IMG/VR virus record: IMGVR_UViG_3300020234_000047 | Location: 1 to 30,491 of that record | Reading direction: 5' to 3' (one strand) | Origin: a virus | Taxonomy: Duplodnaviria; Caudoviricetes | DNA length: 30,491 bases | In this document: piece after piece, positions 8,061-17,301 of the stretch | How positions within the stretch are numbered: position 1 is the first letter of the stretch | Layout of the letters: each line of letters opens with the position of its first letter | Translations under genes and position numbers: made by a program | The notes under the pieces: generated by a model | The model's input: only the letters and a program-made list of their open reading frames with translations | Told to the model about the DNA's origin: nothing | Databases searched by the model: none

Positions 8061-9612
8061 ACAACCTGCCCGCTTAGCCTCTGCTCCCGGAATTAAACGG
8101 GACGGTACTCGTTTCGACAACGAGCACTACCTCGATGGTGAGTGGTGTCGTTTTCAGCGTGGCATGCCAAAGAAGATTGGCGGCTATCAGCAGGTTACCG
8201 ACACGGTGCCCGAGATCACTCGTGGCATGCATTCATTCTCGCAGGATGACATCCAGTTCTTGCACCTTGGTCACCCGAATACCATCGGCCAGTACCAAGT
8301 TTCGAACGGCTCGCTCAATCTGTTCAGTGATCGCACGCCTGCTGGCTTCTCGGCTGACATCAACAACCTGTGGCAGTTCGGCATCTTTGCTGACACGGGA
8401 GGCACGGGTAATCACTTGCTGATGGCGCACGCTGCACCCAACGGTGCGAACATCGACAACTCCGTGCCGGGAGATCTATTCATAGACACCATTAATGCGA
8501 CAGCCATCCTCAACACGACGGGGCTGCATCCCGATTATAATGGTGGTGCCGAGGGTCCTGTCAGCGGAGGCGTCGTAGTCAGTGGCGTGTTTACATGGAT
8601 CTTCGGCAGTAACGGACTCATCCTCCAGTCGCAGCCCAATAATCTATCTACGCAGCCCGTTGCCATCAACATCGGCACGCAGAAGATCGTCAAAGGCATG
8701 CCTCTTCGTGGAGCTGGACAAGGTCCTGCCGCATTGTTCTGGGCACTCGACTCTCTCATCCGTGCCACTTTCATTGTCGGTGGTGGAGGTGCGTCACCCG
8801 ACTTCGCGTACGACATCATTGCCCGTGGCATAACCGTCCTCAGTTCACAGGGCGTCATCGAGATGGACGGAATTTATTACTGGCCCGGTGTGGATCGTTG
8901 GTACCTGTTCAACGGTGTCGTGCGAGAGATGCCCAACAACATGAACCAAAACTTTTTCTTCGACAACATTAACTTCAGTGCACGGCAGAAGTGTTTCGGA
9001 TTTAAACTCCCCCGCTACGGTGAACTGTGGTGGTGCTATCCAAGAGGCAGTGCGACCGAGTGCACCCACGCTGTAATTTTCAACATCCGGGAAGGTTACT
9101 GGTTCGACACACCGTTACCTGACAACGACGATCTCAATCAAGGACGCTGCGCAGGCATCTACGCCGACGTGTATCAGCGTCCCTTCATGGTGGACAATGA
9201 GGTCACTTCGAACGGTCGCACACTGTGGCAACACGAGACAGCGTTCGACAAGATTCGCCTAAGCAGCATCAGTGCAATCCGGTCGTCTTTCGAGACACAC
9301 GAGATGTCTCTGCTCGACAAGAACGTGTCAGACAAATCCCTGCGCGTTGCTCGCATCGAACCTGATCTCGTGCAGTCTGGTGACATGACCATTCAGGTAC
9401 GCGGACGTCCCAACGCGAAAGCTCCTGTTGTGGATGGGCCAGTGGAAACAATTTTCGAGACACCTTCCTCTCCCGATGAGGAGACCGTGAAGTTCAAAGA
9501 TGTGAGACGATTGATGAGCTTCAAGTTTGAATCGAACACTGCAGGCGGCAACTACGAGCTGGGCAAGACGTACGCCCACATCGAACCAGCCGACGGACGG
9601 GTCGAGTCATGA
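8053..9612 (+). CDS. Tail nozzle / tail tubular protein B (beta-propeller-like, ~520 aa)
   Basis: Probable GTG start at 8053; PGIKRDGT...YLDGEWCRFQRGMPKKIGGY, ELWWCYPRGSATEC and RIEPDLVQSG motifs; size and position between adaptor/fibre and ejection proteins. Confidence 0.7.
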   Translation: MAEQPARLASAPGIKRDGTRFDNEHYLDGEWCRFQRGMPKKIGGYQQVTDTVPEITRGMHSFSQDDIQFLHLGHPNTIGQYQVSNGSLNLFSDRTPAGFSADINNLWQFGIFADTGGTGNHLLMAHAAPNGANIDNSVPGDLFIDTINATAILNTTGLHPDYNGGAEGPVSGGVVVSGVFTWIFGSNGLILQSQPNNLSTQPVAINIGTQKIVKGMPLRGAGQGPAALFWALDSLIRATFIVGGGGASPDFAYDIIARGITVLSSQGVIEMDGIYYWPGVDRWYLFNGVVREMPNNMNQNFFFDNINFSARQKCFGFKLPRYGELWWCYPRGSATECTHAVIFNIREGYWFDTPLPDNDDLNQGRCAGIYADVYQRPFMVDNEVTSNGRTLWQHETAFDKIRLSSISAIRSSFETHEMSLLDKNVSDKSLRVARIEPDLVQSGDMTIQVRGRPNAKAPVVDGPVETIFETPSSPDEETVKFKDVRRLMSFKFESNTAGGNYELGKTYAHIEPADGRVES

Positions 9613-9878
9613 TCATCGATCCCCGAGGCTTCGCTGACAATGAGGTGGTCCAGTGGGCTGACTTCATGACAGGTTTGCTGGAGTTCTTCGCCGCTGATGT
9701 GAATGGATCGGACCCCAACTACCAGCGCTTGGATGACCCTGCCGAATGGCAGCAGTGGGCGACCGGTGTGTTTGGAGGCGTCGATGCGTTAGGGCAAGAT
9801 GTACCTGACCCAATGGACTATGACAACTGGAAAGAGTGGGCGATGAGAATGTTCTCAACCACAAACTTTATGGGATAG
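9609..9878 (+). CDS. Small Trp-rich virion-associated hypothetical protein
   Basis: ATGA overlap with the nozzle gene; repeated WxxWA motifs (WQQWA, WKEWA). Confidence 0.7.
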   Translation: MIIDPRGFADNEVVQWADFMTGLLEFFAADVNGSDPNYQRLDDPAEWQQWATGVFGGVDALGQDVPDPMDYDNWKEWAMRMFSTTNFMG

Positions 9879-9882
9879 AGCG

Positions 9883-11883
9883 ATGGCAGATTTACCAGTA
9901 CCCAAAAGAGGCGGAACACCAAGACGGATCACAACTAGTGCTCCTCCGGGAGGTCGCTACACGCCGGGAGCACGTAAAGGCCAACCGATGCCGACTTCAG
10001 CTGAGCTGATGGATGTACAACCCGGTCTTGCTCCCATGCTGGCAGAGAAGGGCGGCGACAAAGAGATCGTCGAAGCTGCTGAGCTGATCGAGGGCGTTCC
10101 GGGAGGTCCCGAGCTGCTGTACTCGTTTGCTTTATCAGAGATGATGAAGAAAGCGGGGATGTCAACGAGCGACACCAAGAAGGTGAAGCTTTACGAGATC
10201 GGTGGCTACGTCGATAAAGCGGAAGGTGGTCTGGCGAAAGCAGCTGAGACGACACGCCGAGGCGGACGCAACGGTGACTCGATGATGGTGCACATGACGC
10301 CTGAAGAGTTAGGCATCCTCGAAGGCATGTGGGGTAAGGCTGACATCAACCCAAAAACCGGCATGCCTGAGTACGGATTCTTCTCCAAGATCTGGAAGAA
10401 GGTGAAGAAGGCAGTGAAAAAAGTCTTCAGTTCCAAGCTCTTTCAGATCGTTGCTCCAATCGCACTGAGCATCTTCGCTCCCGGACTGGGTACATGGGTG
10501 GGTGGCTTGCTAACAGGAGGTGGGTCAGGTGCTGCCGCAAGTATCATCGGTAATGCAGTAGTTCGAGGTGGCTTGTCCGCAGCAGGTGGTGGCGACTTCG
10601 CAACCGGTGCCATCTCTGGTGCCATCAGCGGAGGCCTCGGTGACGTTGCAGGCGGCTGGGTGAAAAATATTGCTCCCAACTTGGGAGACTCGACTGCAGC
10701 CCTCATCGGTTCAAGTCTCGCCAGTGGTGCAGGTGCCGAGCTGACCGGTGGTGACTTTGCAACGGGTGCTATGCAGGGCGCAATGGCTCAAATGATGCAG
10801 CCAACGATGGAAGGCCTCGTTGCCAAAGGTCAGGACGTGTTCAACCTCGAAGATCCGGGTGCTGGTGGCATCTTGGCAGTGCGGCCAACTGAACCGGGTG
10901 CGATGTCGCCCGTCATTGATCCGGGCGCACAAGATCTGATCAGTCTCGGTAGTCCAGAGATGACTGGTGAGATGAGCCCGGTCGCTGCAGCAGAGGATCC
11001 CTTTGCTGGAGCGGTGACACCTCCTGCAGCTGGAGGTGCAGCTCCGGCAGCAGCTCCGGCGACTGGTACTGGTATGGGTGGAGACATGATGAAGTACCTG
11101 CCACTGTTGATGGGTGCTGGGGCACTCGGTGGTGGTGGGTATGAAGAAGGTCAAGCTCCCGAGCTGCCAGATTGGATGAAGGAGTCGTTGCCACAGTACA
11201 AAAGTTCGCGCGAGTTCATCGGCCCATCAGATCCGGCTGCGTATTACCAGTACGGTCAGCAAGGTGCACCGCAGACAGGCGAGCAGCTCTTCATCACGCC
11301 AGATCCCTTCGCCGGAGAGACGGGCACCGCTGCGGTACCGGGTCCAGCTGGTGGGTTGGGCGGGAGTGGAGGCGTAGCAGGTATGATAGCTTCCGGTCAG
11401 CCAGTCCCAGCGCAGACAGCGCAAGGTGCTCAAGGGCAATTGACACAGGCTGGCTACATGCTGGATCCCAACACGCAGACGTGGATGCCTCCGGCTCCGC
11501 AACAGTTAGGTCTGGGCATGCCGGGGAATGCCATGGGTGGCTACCAACGCGGAGGCGAGTTCGATTACTGGGCTCAGAACGCTGACGTACCGCGCGCTGC
11601 ACCGGCTGTGAGCGCCGCAGGGCGTTATGTTAAAGGACCGGGCACTGGTAGGTCCGACGACATTCCGGCGCGACTGAGCGACGGTGAGTACGTCATGGAC
11701 GCTGAAACGGTCGCACTCTTGGGTGACGGATCCGGTGACGCGGGAGCGAAGCGGTTGGATGAGATGCGCAAGAACCTTCGGCAGCACAAAGCGAAGAACT
11801 TGAGCAAGGGTGGCTTCAGTCACAAGGCGAAGTCACCAGATAGTTACATGCCGCGACTTAGAGTCGCAGCTGGGAGAGCGTAA
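9883..11883 (+). CDS. Internal virion / DNA ejection protein (666 aa, glycine-zipper region)
   Basis: Motifs GRNGDSMMVHMTPEE...INPKTGMPEY and GPGTGRSDDIPARLSDGEYVMDAETV; Gly/Ala hydrophobic helices; positioned after the nozzle. Confidence 0.7.
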   Translation: MADLPVPKRGGTPRRITTSAPPGGRYTPGARKGQPMPTSAELMDVQPGLAPMLAEKGGDKEIVEAAELIEGVPGGPELLYSFALSEMMKKAGMSTSDTKKVKLYEIGGYVDKAEGGLAKAAETTRRGGRNGDSMMVHMTPEELGILEGMWGKADINPKTGMPEYGFFSKIWKKVKKAVKKVFSSKLFQIVAPIALSIFAPGLGTWVGGLLTGGGSGAAASIIGNAVVRGGLSAAGGGDFATGAISGAISGGLGDVAGGWVKNIAPNLGDSTAALIGSSLASGAGAELTGGDFATGAMQGAMAQMMQPTMEGLVAKGQDVFNLEDPGAGGILAVRPTEPGAMSPVIDPGAQDLISLGSPEMTGEMSPVAAAEDPFAGAVTPPAAGGAAPAAAPATGTGMGGDMMKYLPLLMGAGALGGGGYEEGQAPELPDWMKESLPQYKSSREFIGPSDPAAYYQYGQQGAPQTGEQLFITPDPFAGETGTAAVPGPAGGLGGSGGVAGMIASGQPVPAQTAQGAQGQLTQAGYMLDPNTQTWMPPAPQQLGLGMPGNAMGGYQRGGEFDYWAQNADVPRAAPAVSAAGRYVKGPGTGRSDDIPARLSDGEYVMDAETVALLGDGSGDAGAKRLDEMRKNLRQHKAKNLSKGGFSHKAKSPDSYMPRLRVAAGRA

Positions 11884-13148
11884 TGCCTGAAAACGTTATC
11901 GACTTTCTGTTTGAGGGAAAGCCTCCACAATCGGTCACAACCTACGGGCAGACCGTGGAAAACGTCCCCAAGTGGATGTCAGATTACACGCAGGGACTGA
12001 TCGCACGAGCGAATGCAGCGGCAGCTGAGCCGTACATTCCGTACGGTGGTCCGAGGATCGCAGGCTTCACGGAGGAGCAACAGGCCGCGTGGGGCATGAC
12101 GGAAGCAAACATCGGTGCCTATCAGCCGTACCTCGAAGCGGGAGCTGCAGGTTATGGCGGAGGCCTGAGTCGTGCAGCTAACATCGGACGAGCGGCTGCA
12201 CCGTTCATCCAAGCAGGATCACGACAGTGGACTGACGAAGGCGTCGCTGAGGAGTACATGAATCCGTACATCAGTGGCGTGCTCGACCGGCAGGAAGATC
12301 TTGCCACTCGCACGCTGGAAGAAGAGTTCATGCCCCGACTGTCGGGCATGTTCGGTGGCGCAGGTCAGTACGGATCTCGTGGTGGTGCTGGCTCTATGGA
12401 AAGCGTTGGTATCCGAGGCGTGCGCGACATTCAGGAAGGTCTCGAAGCGCAGCGACTCGAAGCACTGTCCGGAGCGTACGGCATGGGCGCAGACATCTTT
12501 GGCGCAGATCAGGGACGACAGGCCGAGCTGGCTCGCATTACTGGTGCCCTCGAAGAAGCAGGCGCGCAGAGCATGTTCATGGGAGCCGAGGGACTCGGAC
12601 GCATGGGCGAAGCTGCTCAAGGCATGGGCCTCAGAGATGCAGCAGCGATGGAAACGATTGGTCAGCAGCGACAGGGAATGGATCAGGCGAGTCTTGATCT
12701 GGCTTACCAAGACTTCCTTGAGCAACGTAACCTGCCGTTCGAACGTGTCGGCTTCATGTCAGATGTCATTCGCGGCTTGCCGTCACCGGGAAGAACGATC
12801 AGTCGCACGGACGTAGGACCGGCAAGTATTTATCAGCCGTCACCGCTGTCGCAGATGGTCGGTGCCTACGGTGTGTACCGTGGACTCAACGAAGCGGAGG
12901 GTGGGTATGTGTACCCAAAAGAACACGCTGAAGGCGGCTACATCGAAGGTGACTTCGAAGAGATTGACGGCTACCAAATGGGTGGGCTTGCGCGTGCGGC
13001 GGGCTCGTTCTTTGAGAAGTACACGCCGACTTTCAGCAAATGGGCGAAAGCACTCATGCCGAAGATCGGACAGGGTGTTGGCGTGGAACAGAAGTTTTCA
13101 GATCCACCGGGCGGAAAATTTTTGAAGCTCGACCATAAGCAGGACTGA
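11883..13148 (+). CDS. Internal virion / DNA ejection protein (421 aa)
   Basis: TAATG coupling; PYIPYGGPRIAGF, YMNPYI and LDLAYQDFLEQ motifs; A/G/Q-rich helical composition. Confidence 0.7.
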   Translation: MPENVIDFLFEGKPPQSVTTYGQTVENVPKWMSDYTQGLIARANAAAAEPYIPYGGPRIAGFTEEQQAAWGMTEANIGAYQPYLEAGAAGYGGGLSRAANIGRAAAPFIQAGSRQWTDEGVAEEYMNPYISGVLDRQEDLATRTLEEEFMPRLSGMFGGAGQYGSRGGAGSMESVGIRGVRDIQEGLEAQRLEALSGAYGMGADIFGADQGRQAELARITGALEEAGAQSMFMGAEGLGRMGEAAQGMGLRDAAAMETIGQQRQGMDQASLDLAYQDFLEQRNLPFERVGFMSDVIRGLPSPGRTISRTDVGPASIYQPSPLSQMVGAYGVYRGLNEAEGGYVYPKEHAEGGYIEGDFEEIDGYQMGGLARAAGSFFEKYTPTFSKWAKALMPKIGQGVGVEQKFSDPPGGKFLKLDHKQD

Positions 13149-13151
13149 GTT

Positions 13152-14567
13152 ATGAGATCGACTGATTTCAGAAACATCGTGGAACCGAGAGGTTACCAAA
13201 CAGGCGGACTGGCAGCAGTGGTACCTGAGGAAGAGGAGGAGATCTTCGACCCATCAGCAGTGACGGGCACCGAAGAATTGATTCCAGATCCTGCGCCGGA
13301 TCCTTTGGCCGAGCTTCGCAGCATGGCGAAGATGAATCGCGACGAAGCGATCAGCATTTTGCGTACCACGCAGGAAGAATTCAAAACCCGTCGGACTTCA
13401 CAGCGTAAGCAGCAGCAACAGGACAAGTGGCTTGCTCTTGCGCAGGCAATGTTGTCACCGACAAAGACAGGTGCCTTCGGCGAGAGCCTCGGTATGGCAG
13501 CAGGTGCGTTGCGTGAAGAGTCCTCAGAACGGTTCGAGGAAGAGCAGGCAATGTCCGAAACAGAACAGCGTCTCTTGGACAGGGAGTTTGATATTGCTGG
13601 CGACTACTTCGATGCGCTCTCCAACATCGAGGGCTTCAAGAGCACCAGTCGTGCGCGCGTTGTTAGTTCGATAACAGTAATGGATCCGAAAGATCAGATT
13701 AAGGTTGAAGCGGGTGATATGAGAGCGTCGGAGGCGAAGAGAGTATCCCTCAGTACAGTCATGATGCCCAATGGTGATACGCACAGTGAAATCGAAACTG
13801 TAGACGACGTACCTTATAACGAGGGGGGCGTACCTTACACCATTGTTGATCCAAGGAAGGTACCGGCACAGGCAGCTGCACAGAAAACAGCCGAGCAAAT
13901 TGCAACCGAGGCTGCAAAGGTTCAGTTCTCAGTCGCGAAGCTGGGTATGAATGCTATTCCTATGGTTACACGGCTGCAGCGAGCCTACGGACTCTTGCAA
14001 ACCCTGAAGGAAGACACGAGTGGGCTGAACGAAAAGATGCGTACGGTTGCACAGTGGGCAGGCATCAGTGAGATCATCGATGACAACGTTAGCTTAGCAA
14101 CACTGCACTCAATGTTTGGTAAGCAAATACTACAAGATCTGCGTCTGCTGACAGGTAGTAAGACTGACTTCGAGTACACGAAAGTTGAAAGCATGAACGC
14201 TCGTCTCGGTGCAAGCGTAGAGGAGAACCTCGGCATCATCGATGAGCATATGATCATGTTGAATGAGATGGTGGACAAGGGTGAATTCGCTGCGCAGCGG
14301 ATGGGAGAAGGTCCCGGTACCGAAGAGAAAGGCTTTATGCTGGAGCAGTACTTGCGCCACCGTAAGGCACAAGCTGAAGCAGCCATTAAGTACGATAAAG
14401 AGACTCGCCTCGCACCTGATTCAAAGGTAGAGATGTTGATTGAACTGATTCAGCAGAATGAGGGTAACCCCGAAGAGCAGGGTCTCATAATCGACGAGTT
14501 CAGGGAGTGGTACGACATCCCTGACGAAGTAGCGTTGGCACTTCGTGAAGCAGGAGCGGCAATCTAA
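13152..14567 (+). CDS. Internal virion / DNA ejection protein (471 aa)
   Basis: Helical and charged; WLALAQAMLSPTKTGAFGESLG motif; lies between other ejection-type genes. Confidence 0.65.
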   Translation: MRSTDFRNIVEPRGYQTGGLAAVVPEEEEEIFDPSAVTGTEELIPDPAPDPLAELRSMAKMNRDEAISILRTTQEEFKTRRTSQRKQQQQDKWLALAQAMLSPTKTGAFGESLGMAAGALREESSERFEEEQAMSETEQRLLDREFDIAGDYFDALSNIEGFKSTSRARVVSSITVMDPKDQIKVEAGDMRASEAKRVSLSTVMMPNGDTHSEIETVDDVPYNEGGVPYTIVDPRKVPAQAAAQKTAEQIATEAAKVQFSVAKLGMNAIPMVTRLQRAYGLLQTLKEDTSGLNEKMRTVAQWAGISEIIDDNVSLATLHSMFGKQILQDLRLLTGSKTDFEYTKVESMNARLGASVEENLGIIDEHMIMLNEMVDKGEFAAQRMGEGPGTEEKGFMLEQYLRHRKAQAEAAIKYDKETRLAPDSKVEMLIELIQQNEGNPEEQGLIIDEFREWYDIPDEVALALREAGAAI

Positions 14568-16732
14568 TGTCAGTACCAGAAGACAGGCTGCTTGAGATGC
14601 TGGGCGAGATGCAGAATGAAGATCCCGGAGCGACGCCCATTGAGTTCGGTTTGGCAGGTGCCCCTCCCGGTGTTCCTGAAGGTTTCACTCCCGGTATGGG
14701 TGAAGAGGAAGCGCTTGGGTTGCGGGCAGAAATTGCAGCCATAGAGGGGCCGCAGCAACGGGCAGACGTGGAGGCTTACCTCGAAGAGACAGGCTCCCCG
14801 CAAATTAAAACACCCGAACGACGTCCGAATCCTTTCGCTCCGGTTGCAGGTGAAGGACCACAACGAAAGAATCCGTTTGCGCCACAAGGACCTGAGCCGA
14901 AGCAGATCGATTTCCCGACGGACTTCCCCATGGAACGTGGCACGTCACGTGCATCGTTGCAGTTGCCTGAGCTGGCTTCGCAAATTGGCACGTCAGCTTT
15001 CTTTGAGTCTGGCATCGAAGGTGAAGAAGCGTTGCCGACGTGGGCGCAGCTGGGACTGACCGGAGCGATACTGACCATGACTGACCCGAGTGAGATCGCG
15101 GAGTTCTTCATGCAGGAGATCGAATACGAGGATCCTGAGACGGGTGAGATGGCATCGAAAAAGATGTTCCCCCACCTCGGTCTTCAAACTGCTCCGGACG
15201 GCACGCTTGTACTTAACAACACCAACACAGGTGCACGGGCAATCATTAACCGTCCCGGCCTCAGCAGTTTCGACTTCATGCAGATGGGAACCCTCGGTGT
15301 GATGTACACGCCTGCGGGTCGTGTCACTGCAGCGGTAGCGGCACCTGCACGTTCAATGGCTGTCAAAGCAGCCAGCGAAACAGCAAGACGGCTGGCAATC
15401 AGACAAGCTAGAAAGTATGGCGCAGGATCTCTGATGGCTGGATCAGCTGTAACTGAAACAGCTATCCAAGCTGGGCACGCAGCAGTCGGTGCTGAGTTCA
15501 ACAAAGGTGACGTCGCAATGGCAACTGCATTCGGTGCAGTGCCTGACTACGTCTTTGATCCTCTGGCAAGAGTAGCGACCAAGCTACCGAGCTACCTCAA
15601 AACAAAAGCAGTTGACGTTGTTCCTGAGAACATTCAGCAAGCCATCCGGTATGCGAAAGAGACTGGTCGCAGGATCATGACGCAGGATGTGGTGGCTGAA
15701 CGTATGACACCAGCTCTGCAGATCTTCACCAAAGTTGTCGAACGTATTCCTATCACGGGTACTGGTCGGTGGCGTAAACAGATGGGTCGCGAGCGCATCG
15801 ATGCATTGACAGAGATCGCTGCAAAATATGGCATCGATATTGAAACGGACTATGGCACCCGTGTAATGGAGAACTTCGTCGAGCGCATGATGCTGCGACG
15901 CTTCTGGGGTGCGAACGAACGGATGGCACGTGCCAACAACACCCGTGCACGAGAGATGATCAACACTGCATTCGAGAAAGAAATGGATGAGATCTCTCAT
16001 GGTGTTCTGCGAACTGCAATTCAGGAAGACCGCATCGATGATGTCATCGTCGATCAAGTGATGAATAGTGGCAGACCTAAGATGCTGACGGAGCTGTTTA
16101 ACAAGCTCATGCCACAGGGTAGGGAAGCGGCACGACAACGTTTCATCCTCCGAGGTCTGGAAGAATCAACTTGGACACCGGGGTCACCCGGCATCGCAGA
16201 CCCGAAGAAGTTCATGGCTTGGCTTGACCGACCGAACAGTCGCAAGATCATTAAACAATGGTTCGAGCCCGAAGATCAGGAAGTTCTCAACGGTGTACGT
16301 GAGTACCTGCGTCTGACAGCTCAAGCTCAAGAAGCAGGCAAGGGTGCAGGCATGGTTGCTGCTGTCTCCGGAGGCGGAGCGGTAATAGCTGGAGTCTTCA
16401 ATGCTCTGATGGGTGCGGCGGCAGGAATGAGCGTTGCAGGACGTCTCTATCAAAGTACGTTGCGGGATACCTTCCTGAAACTGGCGCATGTCAGTGGCGA
16501 TGAAGCAATGACTGCTGCCATCATGAGAGAGCTGAGGCCTTACATGATATCTGCAATGGAGCAGTGGAAAGAGGATCGTTACTACTTCCCCAACGTAAAC
16601 ATCACGCAGGAATCGCTCAAGAAAGGTGGCGAAGATATCATTGAAGATTTGTCGGGTGCAGCAGAAGATGCCATAGGTGACATCGGACAGATTCCCGATA
16701 AACTATTGAAACTATTAAAGGGTGACGATTAA
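14567..16732 (+). CDS. DNA transfer / injection protein, P22 gp16-like (721 aa)
   Basis: TAATG coupling with RBS AGGAG; INRPGLSSFD and IMTQDV...ERIPITGTG segments recall P22-type DNA transfer proteins; Ala/Gly hydrophobic helices in the middle and near the C-terminus. Confidence 0.6.
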   Translation: MSVPEDRLLEMLGEMQNEDPGATPIEFGLAGAPPGVPEGFTPGMGEEEALGLRAEIAAIEGPQQRADVEAYLEETGSPQIKTPERRPNPFAPVAGEGPQRKNPFAPQGPEPKQIDFPTDFPMERGTSRASLQLPELASQIGTSAFFESGIEGEEALPTWAQLGLTGAILTMTDPSEIAEFFMQEIEYEDPETGEMASKKMFPHLGLQTAPDGTLVLNNTNTGARAIINRPGLSSFDFMQMGTLGVMYTPAGRVTAAVAAPARSMAVKAASETARRLAIRQARKYGAGSLMAGSAVTETAIQAGHAAVGAEFNKGDVAMATAFGAVPDYVFDPLARVATKLPSYLKTKAVDVVPENIQQAIRYAKETGRRIMTQDVVAERMTPALQIFTKVVERIPITGTGRWRKQMGRERIDALTEIAAKYGIDIETDYGTRVMENFVERMMLRRFWGANERMARANNTRAREMINTAFEKEMDEISHGVLRTAIQEDRIDDVIVDQVMNSGRPKMLTELFNKLMPQGREAARQRFILRGLEESTWTPGSPGIADPKKFMAWLDRPNSRKIIKQWFEPEDQEVLNGVREYLRLTAQAQEAGKGAGMVAAVSGGGAVIAGVFNALMGAAAGMSVAGRLYQSTLRDTFLKLAHVSGDEAMTAAIMRELRPYMISAMEQWKEDRYYFPNVNITQESLKKGGEDIIEDLSGAAEDAIGDIGQIPDKLLKLLKGDD

Positions 16733-17301
16733 TGCCAGCGAAGCGCATCAATCGCAAGGCGAGGAATAACCATGGTCAGATAATGATGGCTGGCTCCCGT
16801 GTATTCCTGCCTGACTACCCGGATCAGATCCGTGCCATCTGCATGCGTGGCTTCGACGAGGATGACCTGTCTGAACTGTTCGACATCAGTCGTAAGCAGC
16901 TGGGCATCTGGAAGGCACAGTATCCCTTGTTCAAGAAAGCCCTCGAAGGTGGCTACACGGATGCAGATGCTGCGGTCCTGAACGCGCTGTTCCAGACAGC
17001 GACCGGCTACACGCACGATGAAGAGAAAGTAATGATGTGGGACGGCGAAGTCATCCGTGCTGACACCGTCAAGCATTACAAACCTGACGTGCAAGCGATC
17101 AAATTGTGGCTGACCAATCGTCAGCGACAGAACTGGTCTGATCGTCGGGAAACTGAAATCAGTGGCAAGGAAGGTGCACCGATTGGTCTGCGTGACGAGA
17201 CGAAACTCGAAGTCATGGCGTCCATCCTGTCACTGATTCAACCGAAGCCCGACAACGCAATCATCGACGGGCGCACCGGAGAAGTAGACGATGCCAAGTA
17301 A
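16732..17301 (+). CDS. terS: Terminase small subunit (HTH type)
   Basis: HTH GFDEDDLSELFDISRKQLGIWKAQYPLFKKAL, then ADAAVLNALFQTATGY and HYKPDVQAIKLWLTNRQRQNWSDRRE, a classic TerS pattern. Confidence 0.75.
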   Translation: MPAKRINRKARNNHGQIMMAGSRVFLPDYPDQIRAICMRGFDEDDLSELFDISRKQLGIWKAQYPLFKKALEGGYTDADAAVLNALFQTATGYTHDEEKVMMWDGEVIRADTVKHYKPDVQAIKLWLTNRQRQNWSDRRETEISGKEGAPIGLRDETKLEVMASILSLIQPKPDNAIIDGRTGEVDDAK

